Positions 36,079 through 44,582 of a DNA stretch of 64,000 bases are shown in pieces (position 1 is the stretch's first letter; the number at the start of each line of letters is the position of its first letter). Below the pieces are notes generated by a model. The model ran no database searches and was not told the origin of the DNA. It saw nothing but the letters and a program-made list of their open reading frames with translations. The translations under genes and the position numbers were made by a program. The stretch is from Myxococcota bacterium. GTDB taxonomy: Bacteria > Myxococcota > Myxococcia > Myxococcales > Myxococcaceae. Location of the stretch: contig JBPOIJ010000034.1 in the NCBI GenBank assembly GCA_052034585.1, forward strand, positions 19,797-83,796, written 5' to 3'.

Positions 36079-37286
36079 TTCGTCTCGCCCTCACGCGTGG
36101 TGCGCACCCAGGTCTGAGGTTTCTGCGACGCCTTGCCTCGAAAGGCCAGCATCACTTTCCACACCACGTAGGCGGGCGCGAAGGCGAGATCGACGAGGCC
36201 TCGCAGCCCCGTCTTCGAGTGGAGCCAACCCGCGGTGACGTAGAGCCACAACGCGAAGGCCGAGAGCGAGAAGAGCGACGCCGGCAGCAGCACCCATCGG
36301 CTGGGCAGGAAGAAGGCCAAGGCCGCGGCGGCGATCATCCCGCCCACCGTGGCGACGGCGATGCGGCTCAGCGGAGGCACCAGCACGTCCATCGCGAGAT
36401 CGAAGAGCAGCCCACTCCGAACCGAGAGCGCCTCACGAAGGAGCGGCCAGCCGTGCAGCTTCGCCATCTGCGCGCGGCCATGCTCCCAGCGGTTGCGCTG
36501 CGAGCGCGACGCCTGCTCACCCGACACCATCTCGCCCAGCACGTCGGCCTCGCCCACCCAGACGACGCGATGGCCGCGCTTGCCGATGCGAATGCCGTAC
36601 TCGAGGTCTTCCACCAGCGAGAACGCGTCGTGCGGCACCTCGGCGAGCAGCTTGGCCGAGAAGCACATGCCGTTGCCGCGCAGCCCGCAGGAGACACCGA
36701 GCCGCTCTCGGCCGGTGGAGCGCACCTGATGAAACATGGCCAGCGCGATGCGCATCAGCCGGGTGCGCCACGAGGCGTTGGGGTTCGAGACGCCGTAGTG
36801 CGCCTGCATGGCCGTCGCGCCCGCCGCCAAGCGCGCCGAGAAGGCCGAGAGGAGGTTGGGCGAGACGAGGGTGTCGGCGTCCACCACGCAGCAGGCGTCG
36901 GCCTTGAACGCGTCCTTGGCGCTCCACTCGAAGGCGTAGGCGAGCGCGAAGCCCTTGCCGCGGCGCTCGGTGTCGGTGCGCTCGAGCACGGTCGCGCCAG
37001 CTTCCCGCGCCTTCTGGGCGGTGTCGTCGGAGCAGTTGTCGGCGACCACCACGACGCGCCGCAGCTCGGGTGGATAGGCGATGGCGAGCAGGCTCTTCAC
37101 CGTCTGCGCGATGCCGAGCGCTTCGTCGTGGGCGGGCACCACGAGATCGAACCGGTGCGTCGGCGGCGAGGGAGGCGTCGGCGCAGGAACGGGCCGCGAG
37201 AGGAGCGCGAGCACGCCGAGATACCCAGTGGTGAAGAGCACCGGCAGCGCCAGCACCGCGAGCGCCAGCGCCAGGGCCTCGTTCAC
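36075..37286 (-). CDS. membrane-embedded GT2 glycosyltransferase with Q(R/Q)xRW motif (synthase-like)
   Basis: VVPAHDE, VADNCSDDT, VVDADT, VEDLEY and QRNRWEHG motifs. TM helices at both termini. Start placed at the GTG overlapping the PCP stop (GTGA). Confidence 0.9.
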   Translation of the reverse strand: MNEALALALAVLALPVLFTTGYLGVLALLSRPVPAPTPPSPPTHRFDLVVPAHDEALGIAQTVKSLLAIAYPPELRRVVVVADNCSDDTAQKAREAGATVLERTDTERRGKGFALAYAFEWSAKDAFKADACCVVDADTLVSPNLLSAFSARLAAGATAMQAHYGVSNPNASWRTRLMRIALAMFHQVRSTGRERLGVSCGLRGNGMCFSAKLLAEVPHDAFSLVEDLEYGIRIGKRGHRVVWVGEADVLGEMVSGEQASRSQRNRWEHGRAQMAKLHGWPLLREALSVRSGLLFDLAMDVLVPPLSRIAVATVGGMIAAAALAFFLPSRWVLLPASLFSLSAFALWLYVTAGWLHSKTGLRGLVDLAFAPAYVVWKVMLAFRGKASQKPQTWVRTTREGETK

Positions 37287-38782
37287 GGCAGCTTCACCTG
37301 ACTCAACACAGGAATCTCGAGGCGGCGCGAGACCTGCCACGCCTCGACGAGCGTTCGGCTCCGCACGTCCCTCACCGCGCCGATGCAGAGGGCGACGACG
37401 AGGGAGAGGAAGAAGGCACCTCCGAGGAGCACCGCAGCGTTCGGTGAGGCGGGCTTCTTCGGCACCGACGCGGGCCGCACCACCGAGTAGCGGTACTTGA
37501 ACGCTGCGCGCGCGGTGTCCTGCTCGATGCGGGCGCCGTCGATGCGCATCATCAGCTCTTCGTACTTGGCGGCCGCGACCCGGAGGTTGTTGCGAGCGTG
37601 CTCGACGAGCGGGTCTTCGGACAGCTCGGAGAGGGAGAGCGCGGCTTGGGTCTGCTGGCGGCGGGGCGCGGGCCGGCTCGGACGGCTCGGCTCGACCAAC
37701 GCGTCGGGGTCCTTCCCGCCCTTGCGGTGGTACTCGGCGATGAGCTGCTCGATGTCTTGCTTCACCTGCGACATCTGCGGCGAGTCGAGCTTCATCTGCT
37801 CGATGCGCTGCTGGGCGTCGATGACGACGGGGTGTTGGTCGGCGTACTGAACGCGGAACTCCTGCAGCTGAGCGGTGAGCTCCTGGAGCCGGCGGCTGCG
37901 GAAGTCCTCCAGGTCGGCCAGCGCGCGCTTCTTCGAGTTGAGGAGGAACTTGAGCTGGGCGAGCTCCTGCTCGGTCGCCGCGGGCGGCGCGTTGGGCGTG
38001 GGCTCGGGCGCCGACGGAGGGTTCACCACGGGCGAGGCCGTCTCACCAATCGGGGTCGGCACGTTGGGGCCAGGCGCGCCACCCTTGCGCCGCTCGTCCC
38101 GCACCCGCTCGAGCTCGTGGAGCGCGTCGTCGACGGCCTTCTGCACCTGCGAAGCATGGGACTCGAGAATGGCGAGGGCTTCGCTGATGGCGGTCATCTC
38201 GGTGACGTGCCGGGTCTCGAGGAAGTTCTGCTGCGCCGTCTCGACCAACAGGTAGGCGGTCTGCGCGTCTTGCCAGTCGATGCTGATGTTCACCGTCTGG
38301 GCGTCGGTCTCGACCCGAAGCCGCTTCTCGAGCGTGCCCACCATCGCGTCCATGCGGTCTTCGTCGGTGAGCGGCCCGCTCACCAGCCGCATCGCGAGGT
38401 CCTTCACCTTCACCACCGGTGGGCGGTGCTCTTCCCAGGCCTTGAGCAGGTTCGTCTGCTTGATGAGCGAGACGAGGTTGTCGTGGGCGAAGATGAGCTC
38501 ACGCGCGGCACGCGTCGGGTCCTCGGAGCGCACGCTCGACCGCGGGTTGCCCAGCGCGCGAATGATCTCGTTCTGGTTGGCGAGCAGCTTCGCCTCGGCG
38601 TGCCAGGTGCGAGGAACGAGGAAGGCCCCTGCGACACCGGCACCCAGCGTCACTACGAAGGCCAGCAGCGAGAGGAGCCGGTGCCGACGAACGCCACGAA
38701 ACACGAAGCCGATGATGTTGCGAATGAGCGCGTAGTCGAAGAGATCGAGCGACTCTTCCTTCGTCGGCGTCGCTTGGCTCAC
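37283..38782 (-). CDS. polysaccharide co-polymerase (Wzz/GumC/Wzc-type) without kinase domain
   Basis: 499 aa from VSQATPTKEE. TM1, long coiled-coil periplasmic region, Pro-rich segment, C-terminal TM (AVLLGGAFFLSLVVALCIGAV). No Walker motifs. GTGA overlap with the CheY stop. Confidence 0.85.
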   Translation of the reverse strand: MSQATPTKEESLDLFDYALIRNIIGFVFRGVRRHRLLSLLAFVVTLGAGVAGAFLVPRTWHAEAKLLANQNEIIRALGNPRSSVRSEDPTRAARELIFAHDNLVSLIKQTNLLKAWEEHRPPVVKVKDLAMRLVSGPLTDEDRMDAMVGTLEKRLRVETDAQTVNISIDWQDAQTAYLLVETAQQNFLETRHVTEMTAISEALAILESHASQVQKAVDDALHELERVRDERRKGGAPGPNVPTPIGETASPVVNPPSAPEPTPNAPPAATEQELAQLKFLLNSKKRALADLEDFRSRRLQELTAQLQEFRVQYADQHPVVIDAQQRIEQMKLDSPQMSQVKQDIEQLIAEYHRKGGKDPDALVEPSRPSRPAPRRQQTQAALSLSELSEDPLVEHARNNLRVAAAKYEELMMRIDGARIEQDTARAAFKYRYSVVRPASVPKKPASPNAAVLLGGAFFLSLVVALCIGAVRDVRSRTLVEAWQVSRRLEIPVLSQVKLP

Positions 38783-39165
38783 GTGCCGTCCTGGGAGAGC
38801 GTCTCCTTCACCAGCGCGACGAACTGCGACTGGGTGAAGGGCTTGGCGAGGTAGCGCTTGACGCCCAGCTCTTCGGCATAGGCCCGGTCTTCGGGCATCG
38901 TGCGTGCGCTGATCATCAGAATCGGGAGCCCCTTCAAGGTCGCCGAGTTTCGCACGTGATCGCACACGTCGTAACCGGAAGACTCCGGCAACATGAGATC
39001 GACGCAGAGAATGGAGGGCCGGCCCTCGTCGAGCTTCTTGATCGCCGCCCGCCCGTCCCCGGCGTAGCTCACCGTGAAGCCCATGCGGGTGAGGTAGGCG
39101 CCGATGACCTTGCGAATGTCTGGGTCGTCATCGACGACCAACGCTGTCTGGACCGAGTCTGTCAC
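38779..39165 (-). CDS. single-domain CheY-like response regulator
   Basis: 128 aa. VVDDDPD acidic pocket, phospho-acceptor in ILCVDLMLPE, conserved S/T (MISA) and K (LAKPF). Confidence 0.9.
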   Translation of the reverse strand: MTDSVQTALVVDDDPDIRKVIGAYLTRMGFTVSYAGDGRAAIKKLDEGRPSILCVDLMLPESSGYDVCDHVRNSATLKGLPILMISARTMPEDRAYAEELGVKRYLAKPFTQSQFVALVKETLSQDGT

Positions 39166-39211
39166 GCGGAGGTTCCTGTCACCGTCCTAGCATTTTTCTG
39201 CCCTGGCTGAA

Positions 39212-40420
39212 TCACCACGTGGTGCTGTCCTGGTCATGAAACTGGGCTCCGAGAGTGAGGGCCCAGAGCGTCGTGGGCGCACCTCCGAGCCGGGGCTGCG
39301 ACGTCCACACGAGGCGGCCCGTTCCGAGGAACGAGAGCCAGGTGGAGAAGGCCCAGGTGGCCGAGGCCTCGCTGAAGAGCGCAGTGTCTCCGGCTTGCGG
39401 CGATCGCCCGAGTGGAACCGCGTACCCCGCCCCGACCGAGGCCGTGACCGTCAGCTTCGACGTCGGGCGCGCGTTGCCTCCCAGCCGTCCCTCCAGGCGC
39501 TCGTAGACGAGGCCGGTGAAGCGATCGGCGAAGGGCGACATTCGCAACGAGGCGGTCAGCTGCACGGGCACACCGAACGGCTCGGGCGCCGCCGAGAGCG
39601 ACGCTGCGGCCACTGGGAGCACCTCGAGATGGAAGCCGGGCGGAGGCCCGTTGGGGATCTCCACCACCCGTTCTCGCGTCACCGCCGCACCGCCGCCGAG
39701 GGTGAGCACCGTGGTGCGCGCGAGCTGCCACTCGGCCGATTCCATGCCCAACATGATCGACTGCTCGGCACCCGTGATGAACGCCGCGTGGCTCGCCTGC
39801 CCGGTGGTGATGAGCCGAAAGCGACGACTGGCGACCCAGCGAAGACTCGCGAGCCCGACCGGGCCGTGCTGGAGCGGAAGCTGGAGGCCTCCGGAAGGGT
39901 CGCCCGAGAGCAGGTATGCGCCGCTCAGGGACAGCGCGACTCGGTCGGTCGGGCGCCAATCGAAGGCGAACGCCGAGGCAGAGCGCACGTAGCTCACCGC
40001 GCCGAGCGTCTGCACCTCGTAGACCCCGGTCGGCTGCGAGCCCGCCGGCAATCGGAGCGAGCCGATGTCGGCGGTGCCGTAGGCGCCATCTTGCCGGAGC
40101 GAGAACGACCACCGCTCGAAGCGCTTGGAATAGAGGAGCGACGCTTGATGGAGCGGGAGCACCCGCGGCCTGAGCTGCCACTCACGAATGATCAGCTGCG
40201 GGGCGTAGCGGAGCACCAGCGCCGAGTCCGACCAGGTGAGCCCGCCCTGCGCGAGGGGGTCGAGCTGGAAGTCGGAGGTGAGAATGGTGGCGGCGTCTCC
40301 CGGCAGCGGCGCCCGGCTGGTGAGCGACGTCGTGGCCGAGACCTCGTAGCCCACCACCGCGGCGAACCCTGGCGTCGCCCAGAGCGCCAGGAGCACGACG
40401 GTGGCGAGGCGAGCGTTCAT
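39212..40420 (-). CDS. outer-membrane beta-barrel protein (Wzp/EpsX-like porin candidate)
   Basis: 402 aa. Signal peptide ending FAAV, alternating-hydrophobicity strands throughout, C-terminal aromatic residue (…DSTTW). ATGA overlap with the OPX gene. Confidence 0.7.
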   Translation of the reverse strand: MNARLATVVLLALWATPGFAAVVGYEVSATTSLTSRAPLPGDAATILTSDFQLDPLAQGGLTWSDSALVLRYAPQLIIREWQLRPRVLPLHQASLLYSKRFERWSFSLRQDGAYGTADIGSLRLPAGSQPTGVYEVQTLGAVSYVRSASAFAFDWRPTDRVALSLSGAYLLSGDPSGGLQLPLQHGPVGLASLRWVASRRFRLITTGQASHAAFITGAEQSIMLGMESAEWQLARTTVLTLGGGAAVTRERVVEIPNGPPPGFHLEVLPVAAASLSAAPEPFGVPVQLTASLRMSPFADRFTGLVYERLEGRLGGNARPTSKLTVTASVGAGYAVPLGRSPQAGDTALFSEASATWAFSTWLSFLGTGRLVWTSQPRLGGAPTTLWALTLGAQFHDQDSTTW

Positions 40421-41010
40421 TCGGCGACGACGACGTCTTGTGGCAGCAGGAGGAACTTCACCGAGGCCGGGTCGCCGTTGGTCAGATCTTCCCAGGTGAA
40501 CCGAATGCGCACCGGCTTCACGGTGGGGCTCGGCTTGCGAATGACGAAGATGCCGTCCTTGTGAGCGAAGTCGGTGAGCCCACCGGCAGCGGCGATGGCG
40601 TGCACGACGCCGGCGCCTGGCTCGAGCACCACCACGCCTGGGCGAACGACCTCTCCGACGACCGAGACGTTGAGCGGCCGCATCTCTTCGAGCGACACGG
40701 TGACGACCGGCGTGTTGATGAACTCCTTGAGCCGCACCTGGAGCTCGGACGCGACCTGCGTCGGCATCTTGCCCGCCACCACCCAGTCGTTCACCAGCGG
40801 CAGCGACACCTTTCCATCGCCGCGCACCCTCACCCGCGCGCTCATCGCCTCTTGTTGGAAGACGCGAACCTGGAGCGTGTCACCGGGGCCGATGACGTAC
40901 TCGCCCGGCGCGGTGGCCCCATAGGCATCGACGGGAATGAAGACGCCTTTCGGCGCATAACAACTGGAGCCGACCAGCACGGCCAACGAGGCGAGCGACG
41001 CGCGGAGCAT
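40417..41010 (-). CDS. short outer-membrane polysaccharide export (OPX/Wza-family) lipoprotein
   Basis: 197 aa. Lipobox GSSC, Poly_export/PES motif YVIGPGDTLQVRVF, one SLBB-like domain (VSVVGEVVRPGVVVL). No C-terminal amphipathic helix domain. Confidence 0.85.
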   Translation of the reverse strand: MLRASLASLAVLVGSSCYAPKGVFIPVDAYGATAPGEYVIGPGDTLQVRVFQQEAMSARVRVRGDGKVSLPLVNDWVVAGKMPTQVASELQVRLKEFINTPVVTVSLEEMRPLNVSVVGEVVRPGVVVLEPGAGVVHAIAAAGGLTDFAHKDGIFVIRKPSPTVKPVRIRFTWEDLTNGDPASVKFLLLPQDVVVAE

Positions 41011-41061
41011 GCGCTGGTTCTGGCACGCGTTGAGTCGCGGTCAAGGGGACGAACCCGGTCG

Positions 41062-42138
41062 TCAGTCGAAGTAGTTCCCGACGACCTGCGCATTCGGCAC
41101 CCAGTCGCCGCACAGGTCGCCCGTCGAGTGGAAGACGAGCTTCTGGAGCACGCCCGACTGCACGCCCTCGTGATGCGCGACGTAGCTCGCGGCCTCGAAC
41201 ACCACCTCGACGGGGCCGCGGCGGTAGACCTCGTTCGAGTAGTAGTAGCCAGCCGTCATGCCGACGAAGGTCCAGCCGGGCCGGGTGACGAGCGCGTTCG
41301 ACATCACCTCCGCCATGAGCGCGTGCGCCGAGACGCGATGCCGTTCGATCCACGTCGCCTCGCGGCTGTCTCGATAGAGCGCGCCGAGCTCGGACAACGA
41401 GCGAAAGACCACCTGGCTCACCCCGAGCCGCTCCGCTTCGTCGAGATAGGCCTCGACCTCGGCCAGGGTGCCGACCGCCTGCGAGTTGAGAATGCACACG
41501 AGCTTGAGCTCGAGCCCCGTCGCGAGCACGTCACGCGCCGTTCGTTCGAACGCCGCACGCGCACGAATCGCGACGCCGTTGTCGAAGCGCATCACCCGAT
41601 GATTCACCGCTTCATCGAAGTGACAGCGTGAGAGTTCGATTCGATCGAAGCGGGCGCTCGCGAGCGCAGGCAGCAGACGGGCGTCGCACGCGAGGCCGGA
41701 GCCGTTCGTGTAGAGGACCCGGAGCGGAAAGAGTCCCTCGTGTGAACGCAGCAGCTCGAGCAACCCGAGCAGCCACTCGGGATCAGCCGTCGCCTCGAGC
41801 CCACTCAAGCTGAGGCCCATCGGAAAGCCGGCGAGCTCCGTCCAGGCGCGCGCGAGGCCGTCGAAGTACTGCCGCCGATCGCCGATGACCGTCTTCGCCG
41901 AGAGCCGGTTCGCGTCGAGCCGGAGCAGCTCTTCACTGCAGAACGAGCAGTGCGCGTTGCACGGCACTGGGTTCGCGTACGGGGTGAAGGTGAGGCCCGG
42001 ACGCAGGAGAAATGGTCTGCCGCGGAGCAGTCGCTCGACGGGCGCTGGAGGCTCGAAGCTGCGCCACTTGCCCTCGCGCAGCTCGCCCGGCGTGGTGATG
42101 TCCGCCGCGCGGCGAAACTGGTTGGGCCGAACCGTCAT
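41062..42138 (-). CDS. radical SAM enzyme (no SPASM/auxiliary Cys cluster evident)
   Basis: 358 aa. CNAHCSFC is a CX3CX2C motif near residue 60, with SLSGLEAT in the GGE-motif position. ATGA overlap with the upstream dioxygenase. Confidence 0.8.
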   Translation of the reverse strand: MTVRPNQFRRAADITTPGELREGKWRSFEPPAPVERLLRGRPFLLRPGLTFTPYANPVPCNAHCSFCSEELLRLDANRLSAKTVIGDRRQYFDGLARAWTELAGFPMGLSLSGLEATADPEWLLGLLELLRSHEGLFPLRVLYTNGSGLACDARLLPALASARFDRIELSRCHFDEAVNHRVMRFDNGVAIRARAAFERTARDVLATGLELKLVCILNSQAVGTLAEVEAYLDEAERLGVSQVVFRSLSELGALYRDSREATWIERHRVSAHALMAEVMSNALVTRPGWTFVGMTAGYYYSNEVYRRGPVEVVFEAASYVAHHEGVQSGVLQKLVFHSTGDLCGDWVPNAQVVGNYFD

Positions 42139-44576
42139 GGCGGCGGCCCTACGTCGACGACGCCCGCCATCGCCACCGCGAGCGAACGCGTACCGGAAAA
42201 CGCTTCCCGCGAGTGGCCGTAGCGAACGTTGTCACAGAGCAGGAGATCGCCCGCGCGCCACTGAGCGCCTTCGCGGGTCTCGAGAAAGCCGTGCAGCAGC
42301 AGGTCGAGCTCGCCGCGAGTGAACGGCCTGCCATCTCCGCGCGGATAGCGCCGGTGCCCGTTTCGAACGGACGGTGGATCGAGCGCGATTCGCGGAAACA
42401 ACAGTGAGCGCCCGCAAAACGCCGGAACTCGAATGCGCGTCATGAGCGTGGCGTGGCCGCCTCCTTCGTCCTTCCACCAGCACTCGTCGAACTGGTGCGT
42501 CGCGGCTCGACATCGGCGCGCGGCTTCGGCGCGGTCGGTGGTGGCGAAGCGCTCCTGCCAGGAACGGAAGAAGTTGAGGTGCCGTTCGGGGTGACCCTCG
42601 TCGACGAAGCCCATCTCGATGAGGAGCCCGTGCCGGCGCAGCCCATCGAGCAGCGAAGTGCCCCCGTTGGTGACGAGGAAACGTTCGAGCGCCGCGGCCT
42701 CGTGCACGAAGGTGCGTCCGCCCTGGTCCGGCTCGACGTCGCGCGCCGAGAAGAAGAGGAGCCGCGCGGGAATGGTGCGTTGGTAGAGCACCTCGTTGTG
42801 CGGGAGCAGCCAGAGGTGCGGTGGATACTCGTCGGTCGCGCGCAGCTCCGGGCTCAACGCGCGGCGAGTGGTGCGACCACTGCTCATCCCGCCCCAGGGG
42901 AACGAGTCGTTCGGCGAGAAGCCGAGCGCAGCGAGAATGGTCGTCGGGAGCGCGCCCGCGTGCTCGACCTCGATGCCGGTGTTCTGCACGAGCACCGCGC
43001 CATGACGATCGAACTCACGCCGAATGGCGGCACTGCGGGCGTCGTTCAGCGTTCCCTCGCCGTCGAAGACACGCACGCTGAAGCGCACGTCACGCCGAAC
43101 GAGCTCGGGCGGAAATGCGTACGCCTGAGGTCCATCGGTCGCGATCGGGCCCAGCGAGGACTCAGTGGGGAGGATCGGCGAGCTCGCGGCCCTCCCGACG
43201 CTAGCCGTCTCGTCGAGGACCGGCAGGGACGCACCGTCGTTCGCGTCGACTCGGTCCATCTCGGCAGGAGGTGGGCCATGGGCGTTCGACGAGGCTGGCG
43301 AGCGCGTCGACGAACCAGCCAGGTTGCTCGCGTGAGATGGCCCGGCTCGAACGCTCACGGCTCTCGCGCGCGGCACGAGCGTCGATGCATCGGGGTCGAG
43401 CGGAACGGTCGCGGGTTGCCCGTGATTGGCCCGCGCGCCTCGAACGAACGCGTCGCCGTTCAGCTCCGATGATGCATGCCCCATGGGCGGTCCTGAGTCC
43501 GCTTGGCCGATCGCTCCAGGCCCGTCGACAATCGTGACCAGCGCCGGGTCGTGAACCGACTCCGGCGAAGCACTGGACGCCCTCACCTCCCCCGCCATCG
43601 CGACGAGCACGTTCCGCTCACCGGTGAACGACTCACGCGAATGTCCGAAGCGCACGTTGTCGAAGAGCACGAGATCGCCCGCGCGCTGCGCCACGCCTTC
43701 ACGAGTCTCGAGCAGCACCGAGCGAACGACCTCTTCTTCATCCGGCGTCAGCGAACTCCCATCACCGAGCGGGAATCGTCGAAGACCATTCCGCGCAGCC
43801 GGCCCATCGAGCGCCACGCGCGGAAACCGGAGAAACCCGTCGCCCCACTTCGCCGCGAGGGTGATGCACGTCATCAGCGTCTGCTCCGGCCCCCACCAGC
43901 ACTGGTCGTGTTCGTCGCTCGCCGCGCTCGCCCGCCGCATCGCCTCGTCCGCGTCGTCGGTCTCGAAGCGTTCCTGCCACGACTGAAACGTGTTCGACGC
44001 CTTCTCCGGGTGCCGCGCGTCGAGGAAGCCGGTCTCGATGGACACGCCGTGACGGACCATGCGCTCGAGGAGAATGGGCGCGCGGCGTGCCAGCTCGGCC
44101 TCCACCGCCCGCGCGGAGTGAAGAAAGATCCGCCCTCCACTCGGAGCAACCCCGAGACAGGCGAAGAGCACCCAGCGTGGACTCGCTCGCCGGTACTGCA
44201 CCTCGTTGTTCGCGAGCAGGTAGAGGTCGGGCGGGTAGTAGTCGAGCCGACGGAGCCCAGGCGCGGCCCACTTCTCCTGCGTCGAGGCGGCCGTTCGTCC
44301 ACCGAGTGAGAACTGCTGCGACGGCCCGAAGCCGAGCGCAGGAAGCACCTCGACGACCTCCTCGACCCGAGTGAGCCCCGTTCCAGTGACGTGAAGCGCC
44401 CCGTGCCGCTCGAGCTCGATGCGCAGGCAACGCACCCCGAGTTCATCGAGCCGGCCGCGAGCGTCGAAGACCCGCCCGCTGAAGCGTTCGCCGCGCATCG
44501 CGACAGACCGTTCACGCCAACGCTCGACGGGCGACGTCACCAGCCCATCGTCGCAGGTGCTGCACCCATCCTCCAA
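42135..44576 (-). CDS. tandem TauD/clavaminate-synthase-like Fe(II)/2OG dioxygenase (two ~330-aa repeats joined by a low-complexity linker)
   Basis: 813-aa ORF. Repeat 2 has LLPHNEV...DNVRYGHSRE (HxE...H...R). Repeat 1 has LLANNEV...DNVRFGHSRE. Start uncertain: TTG 44576, GTG 44540 or ATG 44498. Confidence 0.7.
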   Translation of the reverse strand: MEDGCSTCDDGLVTSPVERWRERSVAMRGERFSGRVFDARGRLDELGVRCLRIELERHGALHVTGTGLTRVEEVVEVLPALGFGPSQQFSLGGRTAASTQEKWAAPGLRRLDYYPPDLYLLANNEVQYRRASPRWVLFACLGVAPSGGRIFLHSARAVEAELARRAPILLERMVRHGVSIETGFLDARHPEKASNTFQSWQERFETDDADEAMRRASAASDEHDQCWWGPEQTLMTCITLAAKWGDGFLRFPRVALDGPAARNGLRRFPLGDGSSLTPDEEEVVRSVLLETREGVAQRAGDLVLFDNVRFGHSRESFTGERNVLVAMAGEVRASSASPESVHDPALVTIVDGPGAIGQADSGPPMGHASSELNGDAFVRGARANHGQPATVPLDPDASTLVPRARAVSVRAGPSHASNLAGSSTRSPASSNAHGPPPAEMDRVDANDGASLPVLDETASVGRAASSPILPTESSLGPIATDGPQAYAFPPELVRRDVRFSVRVFDGEGTLNDARSAAIRREFDRHGAVLVQNTGIEVEHAGALPTTILAALGFSPNDSFPWGGMSSGRTTRRALSPELRATDEYPPHLWLLPHNEVLYQRTIPARLLFFSARDVEPDQGGRTFVHEAAALERFLVTNGGTSLLDGLRRHGLLIEMGFVDEGHPERHLNFFRSWQERFATTDRAEAARRCRAATHQFDECWWKDEGGGHATLMTRIRVPAFCGRSLLFPRIALDPPSVRNGHRRYPRGDGRPFTRGELDLLLHGFLETREGAQWRAGDLLLCDNVRYGHSREAFSGTRSLAVAMAGVVDVGPPP

Positions 44577-44582
44577 CCGTCG

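Noticed and set aside
41021-41036. TGGCACGCGTTGAGTC between the radical SAM and OPX genes, which looks like a sigma-54 -24 box.
   Set aside because: It is on the plus strand, whereas both flanking genes are on the minus strand. The -12 position has no TTGC or GC at the correct spacing.
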